From positions 117,889 to 181,888 of IMG/VR virus record IMGVR_UViG_3300014202_000879: DNA of 64,000 bases; one strand, written 5' to 3'. How positions within the stretch are numbered: the first letter of the stretch is position 1; each line of letters starts with the position of its first letter. The DNA is from a virus. The notes under the pieces were generated by a model. It was given only the letters and a program-made list of their open reading frames with translations, was not told where the DNA came from and did no database searches. Below are positions 19,909-29,800 of the stretch, one piece after another. Both the position numbers and the translations under genes were made by a program.

Positions 19909-19947
19909 GAAGATGAAATGGACAAGAATCTTTAAAAGGAACACACA

Positions 19948-21267
19948 ATGGCCTCCAGTATCATCGGTAAAGTCACAACCACCACGACGAGAATCGCAGA
20001 CAACCTTACCTCCAACCTCAACAGCTTTGGTGCGAGTGTATCGGTAGCTGTGGACAGCGCTGCTTCTTTGGCACAGTTCGATCCATCGAAACTGTTTTCA
20101 CAAGCCAACACAGCGATCTCAGATATCGCTGTAGTACCAGCAATGGCCATCCCTGGCGCTATTCCTCAAACGGGTGTCATGGCTACAGAGAGTACCTCAG
20201 CGACGACTGCAGCAGAAGCAGCTGCATCGGCTCCGGTCACCAGCAGCTTGATCAAACTGAGCAAATTGGCTCAACCCACTGCGGTCAGTGTAGTGGGTAC
20301 GTCTGTCTCGGGTGTCAGTCAGCTGTCCAACAACATGATGGCAGCTACGGCAGGCATGAATGTGGACGGCATTGAGTTCTTCTCCAGTGGCTTATCCCAT
20401 CTGAACGACACAGGAAACAAAGCAGCAGGAGCTGCCGACAGCATCAAATGGATCGGCAGCGCTGCCAAGGATGGTAGCTTTAGCTTTTCTGATTTGACCA
20501 AGATACCCAAGTCCCTTTCTGAGAATTTGAAAGATGGGTTGGTGGGTGGTGTGGCAAGCTTGAAAAACAGCTTTAACACCCTACCTACTTTCATGCAAAA
20601 AAGTCTGATGGGTGATTCTGGGTTGATGGGCAGCGTGGCCAAGAACATGATGCCTGGGTACTCCGTAACCTCCAAGTACGCTGGGTTTTTCAACAAGATC
20701 ACCAGCGGCGACTATTTACTCAATCCAAAATCTTTCAAGCGCGATGTTGGTAATCTGACGGCGTTCACAAAAAGTGCCATGAAGAATGGTCTCTACGATG
20801 GTATCGTGACCATGGGTCTGAGGCTTGGTTCTGGGCAAAACGCTTTTACGCAAATCGCCACACGAACCGCCATGGGTTTGTTGGTTACGAAGAACAGGAA
20901 GTCTCTTCTGAAGATGGGGGTTCGGCTGAGCTCAAATTCCTCTTTGCTGAGTTTGTCTGGTGGAAAAACTGCACTGGTCAAAACTTTGTTCTCTGGTATG
21001 TCGTTGCCCAAGATAAAGAGCTCTGATTACAGGAGTTTTTTCGTAGAAGCGAAAGGCGCCTCCAGGGCCTTAGATCGCACAAGCATAGGCGAAGGTACCA
21101 TACCTGTCGCCGAAGCGTTCTCAGGTGCCTCTAAAGACGTCAGAAAGGTATTCAGAAACATTGCTTCCGATAGGAACGTCCAGAGGAACGGAAGTGCACT
21201 CAATACGGTTGCTCCTCCCGACTCAGACACCCTCATCAGCATAGCTGTTTCTGGCACACAGGCGTAA
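19948..21267 (+). CDS. Ser/Ala/Thr-rich virion structural protein
   Basis: 439-aa ORF with AAGGAA RBS, low-complexity N-terminus, convergent with the baseplate gene. Confidence 0.6.
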   Translation: MASSIIGKVTTTTTRIADNLTSNLNSFGASVSVAVDSAASLAQFDPSKLFSQANTAISDIAVVPAMAIPGAIPQTGVMATESTSATTAAEAAASAPVTSSLIKLSKLAQPTAVSVVGTSVSGVSQLSNNMMAATAGMNVDGIEFFSSGLSHLNDTGNKAAGAADSIKWIGSAAKDGSFSFSDLTKIPKSLSENLKDGLVGGVASLKNSFNTLPTFMQKSLMGDSGLMGSVAKNMMPGYSVTSKYAGFFNKITSGDYLLNPKSFKRDVGNLTAFTKSAMKNGLYDGIVTMGLRLGSGQNAFTQIATRTAMGLLVTKNRKSLLKMGVRLSSNSSLLSLSGGKTALVKTLFSGMSLPKIKSSDYRSFFVEAKGASRALDRTSIGEGTIPVAEAFSGASKDVRKVFRNIASDRNVQRNGSALNTVAPPDSDTLISIAVSGTQA

Positions 21268-21274
21268 CACCACA

Positions 21275-21306
21275 CCACCTACACGGACGCAAATCCGTGT
21301 AGGTGG
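21275..21306. terminator. bidirectional hairpin
   Basis: CCACCTACACGGA-CGCAAA-TCCGTGTAGGTGG, 13-bp stem. Confidence 0.6.
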
Positions 21307-21316
21307 GCGTGTATTG

Positions 21317-23776
21317 TCAGTTTGCTTGTGTCCCTGGAATGTTTGATCCAGCACCCACCAAAGCGTTGTTGGATGTCAAACCCATCTCGTAGAGACGAAC
21401 AAAAGGCTTGGTGATGTTGAATAAACCACCGCCATTGATCAGCTTGTCGTGGGCAAACGACGCCATCATAGCAGGAGACGTAGCGTTGCCTAACCTGGAG
21501 GCTACCTTGGCCAAACGCTTCATCGCTCTTGGCACCGAGTAGACCTGTGAGTAAAGATCTTGACCAGCCAACACAGCCAGGTAGTCCGTGATCCGCGTAT
21601 CGTCATCGATACCTGCACCACTGAACATCGATGTAACTGCCCCACCCCCCACAGGCATCATGGTGATGCCGGTCAGATCGATGTAGGAGAACGACAGCTC
21701 CAACGCCAGTGCTTTGCCATCCACTGTGAAAGGCAGATTGGATGTTCCACGTGTCACCGTCAGAGACCGCATAGCCCCGTACTGCGTTTGGTTATGGCCA
21801 CGGTGATACAGCGCCGTTATGAAGGGGTAGGTGTATGAAGACCGGCCTGTGGCACGGGGCACGATCTCAGCGATCTTCATGAAAAGAGGAATGTAGATGT
21901 TCTGCATCTGCGACATCGCGTTGCCCGATGGGGCTATCAACGTCATCGTGTAGTTCATCGTGGGTATATCGGCATCAGAGTTCAGCCAGTGTTTGGGGAT
22001 GTCCAAATAACCAGATCCAGCCAGCCCCAACAGCAAATTGCTTGCACCTAGTGTCACAGATTCAGCAACACCCCCAAGAACCTCACCCACACCACTCACG
22101 AACCCAGAGATGGTTTTCGTGATAGGGTTATCACCCCCAAAGATATTGCCATCAGCCATGCTGAATCGAAACTGTTTGGCAGTGCTGCTGAGGTCGTTGA
22201 GCTTGGACGACAAAATGGATTCTCCGTAATTGGCAGAGAAAGATTCTGTCACAGGGCCCGTAGATTCCACGCAGTAAACGGCGTATCCAGAACCACTTCT
22301 GAATTCAGCATCCAGCGCAGAAGTCATATTCTGCCACCACCCAGAATTCTTGCTTTCTTTGGTGTAGTACTTGGGCTCCATCAGAAGCGAATTATCTTTG
22401 CCGTAAGTACTGGACGCTTCTGCTATCTTTGCAGTCAAAGCAGCGCGTTGTTGATTGCTTGCCTCAGTCATTTCTGCCTCAGTCAAAACAAACTTGCTGA
22501 CAGTGTCCCTGAGTGAGGCAGCTGCATTGGGATCGGCCACTATGGTGCCTGCCGATTGTTCTGCTGTCCCTGGTGCCATCTGAGCATTGGGGTTGTTGAT
22601 ATCGAATGCAGGTGCTGTGTCGGTGTTGTTGTTCACCCGCCTGCTGATTTCAGCACGGTTGGACATCTCCACCACGTTTTCGTCGCTGAGCCACCCAGTC
22701 TCTTTGCTGTAATCGCTGAGCATCATGTTGTTGATGTATGCCCGCAGTGTGTGTTCGCCTTTGTTGGTGTAGGGTGTCTGCAGGTACTTTCTTTGCTGTT
22801 CGTCTCTGCTTCGGATGTAACCCAAAAAATTGTTACCATCCACGGGAGCTTTGCCATTCGCTGTATCAGAGACTCGTTTGAACTCTTCCACGAAAGCAAT
22901 GTTGGCCACACGCTGAGCACGGTTGGCAAAAGCAAACGCATCAATGTAGTAATACATCGCATCGCCTTCTCCTTTGTCTCTCACAAAGAAGCCTGGGAAC
23001 ATCATGGCGTAAGCATCCACAATGTCTGTATCGATCTGGTATGGGCGACCGATCACTGTGGGTAGGTCTGTCTTCAGTGCCTTGGGCATGATGCCACGGT
23101 TGACTGCCCATGTGTTAGCCATGGTGTTGACCATGCCCCAGTACTGGTGCATAACCGGCTTGAGGGTACAGTACCTGTTGTTGGGTCTGGACAACAAGAA
23201 GTCCAAACCTTGAAAGACAATGATGGCCATCGTGGCGATAGGAAACGCTCTGGCAAAAATGTATGCACCTGCACCTTTGGCCACATCGTACAGCCAGCTA
23301 GGAGCCGTACCACGTCTGGCCATGGTGATTTCCTCGTACGTAAAGGCTTTCCTCAGGAAGTTGGCCAACGAGTTGTGCTCGGGTACACCACACCGAACAT
23401 AGATGCGTTGACTGGTATCGTGGATGTATTCGTTCCATATCCTGCCTGCGCCGTAACCTGTTTCAGACTGCATGGCCACAATGGTGAACCGAGGTCTTTT
23501 AAAGGGACGACCGGCTCTTCTGATATCGGCAGTGGGTGTGTATTGCGGTTTGACATTGCACCCAATGCCTCCACCAGGACTGCTGTCAACAAACGTGGTG
23601 TCTGCCGATGACGCGAATCTGTTTTGACGGTACTCGTCGTCGTCGTAGCTGCTGTTGGGTAAGAGAAAAGCCTGATTGACCCAGTCGGTTTCTCTGGATG
23701 GGTCGGAGTAATGAAATCTGGATGATTTCTTTGCAGCAGCAGGCTGTTCGGGTTGTTCTGTTGGGGAGATGGCCAT
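21317..23776 (-). CDS. baseplate/tail-associated virion protein (phiKZ gp182-like)
   Basis: Directly downstream of the giant tail protein; IYVRCGVPEHNSLANF and ITSLSITRG-like SLTVTRGTSNLPF motifs. ATG 23776 (track start 23803). Confidence 0.7.
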   Translation of the reverse strand: MAISPTEQPEQPAAAKKSSRFHYSDPSRETDWVNQAFLLPNSSYDDDEYRQNRFASSADTTFVDSSPGGGIGCNVKPQYTPTADIRRAGRPFKRPRFTIVAMQSETGYGAGRIWNEYIHDTSQRIYVRCGVPEHNSLANFLRKAFTYEEITMARRGTAPSWLYDVAKGAGAYIFARAFPIATMAIIVFQGLDFLLSRPNNRYCTLKPVMHQYWGMVNTMANTWAVNRGIMPKALKTDLPTVIGRPYQIDTDIVDAYAMMFPGFFVRDKGEGDAMYYYIDAFAFANRAQRVANIAFVEEFKRVSDTANGKAPVDGNNFLGYIRSRDEQQRKYLQTPYTNKGEHTLRAYINNMMLSDYSKETGWLSDENVVEMSNRAEISRRVNNNTDTAPAFDINNPNAQMAPGTAEQSAGTIVADPNAAASLRDTVSKFVLTEAEMTEASNQQRAALTAKIAEASSTYGKDNSLLMEPKYYTKESKNSGWWQNMTSALDAEFRSGSGYAVYCVESTGPVTESFSANYGESILSSKLNDLSSTAKQFRFSMADGNIFGGDNPITKTISGFVSGVGEVLGGVAESVTLGASNLLLGLAGSGYLDIPKHWLNSDADIPTMNYTMTLIAPSGNAMSQMQNIYIPLFMKIAEIVPRATGRSSYTYPFITALYHRGHNQTQYGAMRSLTVTRGTSNLPFTVDGKALALELSFSYIDLTGITMMPVGGGAVTSMFSGAGIDDDTRITDYLAVLAGQDLYSQVYSVPRAMKRLAKVASRLGNATSPAMMASFAHDKLINGGGLFNITKPFVRLYEMGLTSNNALVGAGSNIPGTQAN

Positions 23777-23816
23777 GGGTTTCCTTTTGATCTGATTAAC
23801 CAAATGTCATACGATC

Positions 23817-23851
23817 TCGACCACCGAACGGATTGGCCGTTCGGTGGTCGA
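23817..23851. terminator. intergenic hairpin
   Basis: TCGACCACCGAACGG-ATTGG-CCGTTCGGTGGTCGA, 15-bp stem. Confidence 0.55.
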
Positions 23852-23868
23852 TCTCTATCGTGCAGTTG

Positions 23869-26800
23869 TTACACCATGGTCCTTTTACTGGATCTGTTCA
23901 AATCGATGACAGGGCCAGACGTAGGGGGTGCGACTCTACTGCGAGGTGTAGCCAGTTTGGATGGTTTTTGTCCCGCGATGCTTTTGGCTTTTTCAGGATC
24001 AAAATGTTCAATGAACGCCACCATCGCACTGAGTAGTTTCTCATCTTGGGCCAGACTGGCACGTTGAACTTCCAGACTGGATTTAAGAGTGTCGTGAATA
24101 TCTGAGACAATCTTAGGTGGCTCAATAGCCGTGAGGCTTTGTTTGGATACAGGCATAAAGCCATCGCCTACCACAGATTTGCTCAGATCGTCTTGTAGCT
24201 TCTTCTCTTGTTCTTTAAGGATATCGCTGAGTGTAGGCACCTTCAGTCCAGGCTTCTGGATCACAGGAGGTGGCGCGATAGCCTTATTCAACACGGGTGA
24301 GTTTGCGATACTGGGTACGACAGGCAGCGGTTTGGTCGCCTGAGGCAACTTTGTATCGTAAGCCAAAGACCCATGGACTGTTACCTTCTGGTCCACATCG
24401 CGCATCAACTCACCAAGGGTCTTCCACCTATTCTGCTCTTTGTTGTAGAACAGGGGTTTGTTGTGTTTGGTGTCTATCACGCTGTCAGGTAGGATCTTAT
24501 CAATCGCAGTCGTGTATTTACCTTGCTTGATAGCTTGCAGATATACCCTGCTGCCACCAGCACCAAGCATATGCAACATGGCCTTAAGACCAGGGGTAAT
24601 GACCATACCCCTGAGTTCTTCATGTCTTTCATCCATGATCTGTCTTTGGTAGACCATGGCAAAAGCCAAGGAAGTCCTTGGGTCAAGCAAGTTGTAGTTT
24701 GCAGTCACACCGTAACCCGCCAACATGTCCCTGTATTTGGGGACACTCATCAGCCATTTGGCGGTCTCGGGTGTCATCTGGGTAAGACCTGTGGGTTTGG
24801 CTCCACCAGCGCCGATTGTATTTGGGTTGAGTGTGCTTTCCTTGTTGGACAGCCCAATCAGGAACGCCTCGTCGTCCTCAGACAACTGGTTGTCATTGGC
24901 AAACTTCTTGATCGTATCTACCACAGCTTTCTTATCCAGACTCAGTTTGGTCTGGGGCATGGCCACGGGTTGTCTTGCATAGGGGTTACCGTCTACACTG
25001 CCTTCGCTGCGTATCCCCATCTCGATCTCTTTGGCATGTTTCCTAGCCTCTGTATGGCCTGTCATGGTACCCAGTCCACCATCTTTGGCAGGTATGTGGT
25101 TGATACCTGGCACATAGTTGTTGCCAGCCATCATGTACTTCTGTGCGAGTATAGGGTTTCTCTCGCCTTTGTTGCCGACGTAGCTGTAGTTGGAGCCGAT
25201 GCCACCACCACCCTTACCGATACCAGAGCGGATCAGAGAAGTCAACAGATCCATGTTGTTACCAGAACCGATCAACTCACGAATACCGCGTGGTGTGTAC
25301 TTATAGATACCAGCGGGTTCGATATGCCAAGGCTCTTTTGCCACAGGCCGGGTCAGACCATACTTGCGCATGAGGCCTGACTCTTCTAACTTGGCTACAA
25401 TGCCTCGGTCGATATCCACAGCCAAACCCATCTCGTGCATGGAGTAACCTGGACGTGCGGCCCCGCCTTTGTTTCCTTCGGCCTTGGCTTTATCGTATTG
25501 AATTTTCTGCTGTGCTTCTGTCCTATGACCTTGGTTGATCTTCAGCTTGACACCATACAGCTGATAGTATTCCTTGGCCATGCCAAGAACCAAGTTTCTG
25601 AACTCAGGAAACAGTTTGTTGATCGCGTCTGGATGTGAGACCGTGACGTACTGCAGACCTTGCTCTGGGCTCATCAGCGATCCAGAAGCTTTGGGGATGG
25701 AACTTCTGGGTGCTGCGTTCAGACGCGCACTTTTGTCAGCAGAGAACGAGTCGGTGGGCTCGGACTCTACATCCGTCTGCTCTTCACCTTCGTACCCGTA
25801 TTTGACTCTGTATGCCTCTAGTCGGCTGGTGATGGCAGCAATCGTTTCAGCAGATTGTCGCATATCGGTTCTGACTTGTTGATCCGAGAACCGGTAGGGT
25901 GCCACACCTGGAGCACTCAACTGTGCTTTGGCATTGAACTCTCTGGCGTTTTTCATTTCTTTTTGCATGTCGTCCATCCGGCTGTTGCGGCTGTACGCGA
26001 TGGTCAGAGATCTTGAGATCAGGTATTCCAGCAAGTCCATGGCATGCTGGCGGTTATCGGGAAGACTTGGCTTGGCTGGGAATGGCGAAGCCTTGTGAGA
26101 GTAAGGTCCGTTGGGGAACATCACAGCGTCTTTGAACCGCAGGATACGTTCAGGCATCATAAGGTCGATGCGGTCTTCGTTCTCCAGATCAAAGCTCTTC
26201 ATCGCTGTGTAGAAGTTCAAGAAGAAGGGCTTGAACCTTCTGTGGAACCAAGCATGGAAGTCGTTGATCTCACGGGTAGAGGATTGATCCACACCCATCA
26301 GCGCCATCACTTCGGAAGCATTGATGTTGCTCGCCACCTGAAGACCCTTGGCGTCTTGCGCCAAATGTTTCTCCAGAATCAACTTCTCCAGAGATTTCAG
26401 ACGGTCGTGGTACTGCAAGTCGTTACCGAACCCAGAGAAACCGTACTGTGCAAACCTGAAGAGATGCCATTTTCTCTTGGATTCCTTGTAGTATTTGTTT
26501 CCGTAGTAAACCGCAGCACCTGCCCCAGCTACGAGAGCCATAGGAATAGTGGCTGGGCTGGTCAGGACAGCACCTGCCATTGACAAAGCACCCGCCCCTG
26601 CGCCCACCAACCAGCCCATGGGTCCACCTGTAAGCATGGAAGCCATAGCAATACCGCGAAGACCTGCGATGGTTGTTCTTTTTGTAGCGAACTTAGCCAA
26701 CGCAACAGCGCCTTGACCTAAGCTCTTTGCACCCTTGAGACCAAGCAGGCCCAGGATACCACCTAGAGCGCCGCCTATGGGTCCGCCAGCCAGTGTACCT

Positions 26801-29800
26801 AGGGTAGCACCTATACCAGTCGTTATGGCTTTGTGACCCAGTACAGACATCATTGCCCCGACACTGTCAGAGACTTTGTTTTTGAATGCTGTAGCCACGT
26901 CACCGACGGAACGTTTGCCAGAGATGAGATCATCGATCATCTCTTTGTTGGCGCGAACTTCATCGGCGTTGCCATCACGTTTACCGTCTTTGTTTTTGTC
27001 GTTCTTGCTGGGTCGGAAGAAACGGGTGAGTTTATCCCAGTAGAACGTCAAGTTTTTCTGTTTCTCAGCTTCCGTGACACCAGGCACAGGGATCGTGGGA
27101 GAGACCGATGCTTGTGCAGCTTTGTCCTTGGAGTTTGCAGCACCTGTCAAACTGGTCCAGGCTTGGGCCAATGGGTTTACACCAGGAGCATCTTCAGGTA
27201 TATGGAAAGACATCTTTCCCAGGATGGAGTGCGGAACACTCATCCCTGCTTTGAGTGCAGCTTCCTTGGCGATCGTGCCTGCATGGGTAGGCATGTAGGT
27301 GCCCAAGTTGTTGGTGGGTTTCTTGGACCTGTAGTTCAGCATATCGCCAACCACGCCACCGTAAGGTGTTTTGGTGCTTGGGTTGATCGCCTGGCCTGTG
27401 TAATCCACATACCCTGCCACAGATCTCAAAGCGATATCGAGATCCGAAGCGTTTCTCAGAGAGAACCCACCTGCAGCGATGTCGCGACCAGAGATCCTGT
27501 CGAGTAGCATGTTGGAGCGGCGCTTCACAGATGACAGGAAACCTGCTTTTCTGGACTTGAGCTTACCCATCATACCACCGGTGGCTGTATCAAGTTTGTT
27601 GCCTACGGCACCAAGAGCTTCGGAGAACCGGCCCTCAGTAGCAGCATCGACCTTGGCGATGACGGTATCGACTTTGTCTTGGACAGAAGTCTGTGATTTA
27701 GCAGCTTGTTCTTCTTGTTTCTTTTCTTCCTCGGCTTCTTCTCTGACGAAGTAAGACTGGAGAGATTTCAGTGTACCTGCGTATTTGCTCTTGCGTTCAG
27801 AATCTTTGGACTCGTCGATATCGGAGCGAAGTTCGACGACCTTTCTTCCTCTACGCAAGATGTCACGGATATCGAGCAGCACGTTGTAGATACGGCCTGT
27901 GGAACCACCGATACCCAACGTGCCACCAACGAAGTTACCGATACCACCCAAAACACGGCTGATCAAGCCATCGGGCGATACCGCTTTGGCCAACAGGTCC
28001 CATCCGCCCTTGAGCAGATCTCTTCCTGTTTCAAATCCAACGGCCAAGCCCTCGCGCAACCGCGACCACTTGTTCATAACCCACTCTTTGATCAGCTTGC
28101 CTTTGCTGTCAAAGAAACCGTCCTTGTAATCAGACACGTAAAGAATTACGTTGCCTGCTTTGTCCACCACAGTACCGGCGATGTCCCGAATACTGGTGAT
28201 CACCTCACCTGTCTCCTGGATGAAGTACCCGCCCATGCGCAGGATTTCTTTCTTCAAAGCAGGAACATCAGGCTTGTGCTTGACGTAAAGATCTTGGCTG
28301 AAGTTGTACCAGTTGACAACCCTTTTCTTTCCAGCCTCTACCTTACCTAAAACCCAGTTGGCTGCTTTGGGGAGTTTGTTTGTAACCAAATCGTCGGCTA
28401 TCTCAAAAGCTTTGCTTGCGCCTGTGCTGAGTTTATCACCAGCCCATGTGGCAGCTTTGGATACCTGGGGTTTAAGCCAGTTGTAGAACTTGTTGAGTTT
28501 GTCTGCGCCAGGCACCAGAATTTCGTTCTTCACGAAACGGGTGGTACCTACTGCACCGCGTACAGCATCGCGACCAGCCATGAATGCCAAATCGGACGCA
28601 CTACCCAAAACGTTCTTGACTGCTTTGTAGTAACGAGAGCCTTCGATCTCTATGCCTTTCTCACCCAACTCCACAGCAGAAGCCGTAGAAACCACCCGGT
28701 TTTGGTGAGCGAGGATAGACAACAGTTTGTTGGTTCTCTTTTGCTGATGGACCATGAGGACACCCCATGCGTCTTCAGCTGTTTGTTTAGCGATCACGTT
28801 GGCATCGAGCTCTTTGATGGCTTGCATAGCGATGCCGTTCATGTTGAGCAAGTCGAGTGTGGTTCCACCAGGTGCTGCGTCGTCACCCATGGTTTTGTTC
28901 ACATCCTGAGCCATAGGCCCAGTGACGTTCTGACTAGCATCTATGCCTGTTTTTGCTGTTTTGAAATGGTACGACTTGACAGGCGTCCTTCTCATAGCGT
29001 CCAGAGCACTGAAGTCGATGTCAGTGATCTTGTTTTTCTTATGGATGTCGGATGGTGCGAGTTCCAGCTGTTCCTTGAACGCTGCGTCAAACGTCGCCCA
29101 TGTCAGACTTGTGGGTATAGAGGGCAAAGTTTTCTCTGCCCAGCTTGTCATGAATACAATTTTGTCGTGGGCCAGATGCGACATCTGTTCGGTAAGGCTG
29201 TTTGCTTTACCTCTGGCACCAGTGGTCATCAGAAGAGCCTTCTTAACCTGAGGCAACTTGGTCTCTTTTTCAGCCACTTTTTGCAACAGCTTGAAGACAC
29301 TGGTTGAGAACAGTTTCAGCAACCCCAGTTTCTTGTTGTCGGTGGTACTTATGTTGCTCATGACTGGGCCAGTGCCAGCATCAACCTGCTCGTACCTCAT
29401 CTTTGTAATCTCCCCTATGTTCAGGGAAGCGGTTCCGAGGCTTTCATCGTAATCGACAGCACTACCCAGTGCCCTTGCAACAGAAGGGGTGCCGTAAGCA
29501 TCCATGGCGCCCTGGATGTGCTGCAGTGGGAACAAGAAGTTCCTCTTGGCCTCTTTGAGGGCGGTCAGAATAGGCGTGGCTTTGCTGGCATTGCCTTCCT
29601 TGATAGCTTCTTCGAAAAGAGGCTTCAGTGCACCTGAAGCAAAGGCACTGAGGCCCTCCTGATCGAGCGCATTCGTTTCCAGGATGTTTTGTAAGCTGGT
29701 GTTGCCTGAGTTGGCCACCATGGTGTTCAAGAGCGTGTTCCTGATCTCGCTCTTTTGCTCCTTGTTCATGGCATCCCATGTACCATCACCCACTATAACC

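Noticed and set aside
18687-19925. 412-aa antisense ORF
   Set aside because: Shadow of the strongly codon-biased plus-strand gene 18777..19850; the translation lacks protein-like motifs.
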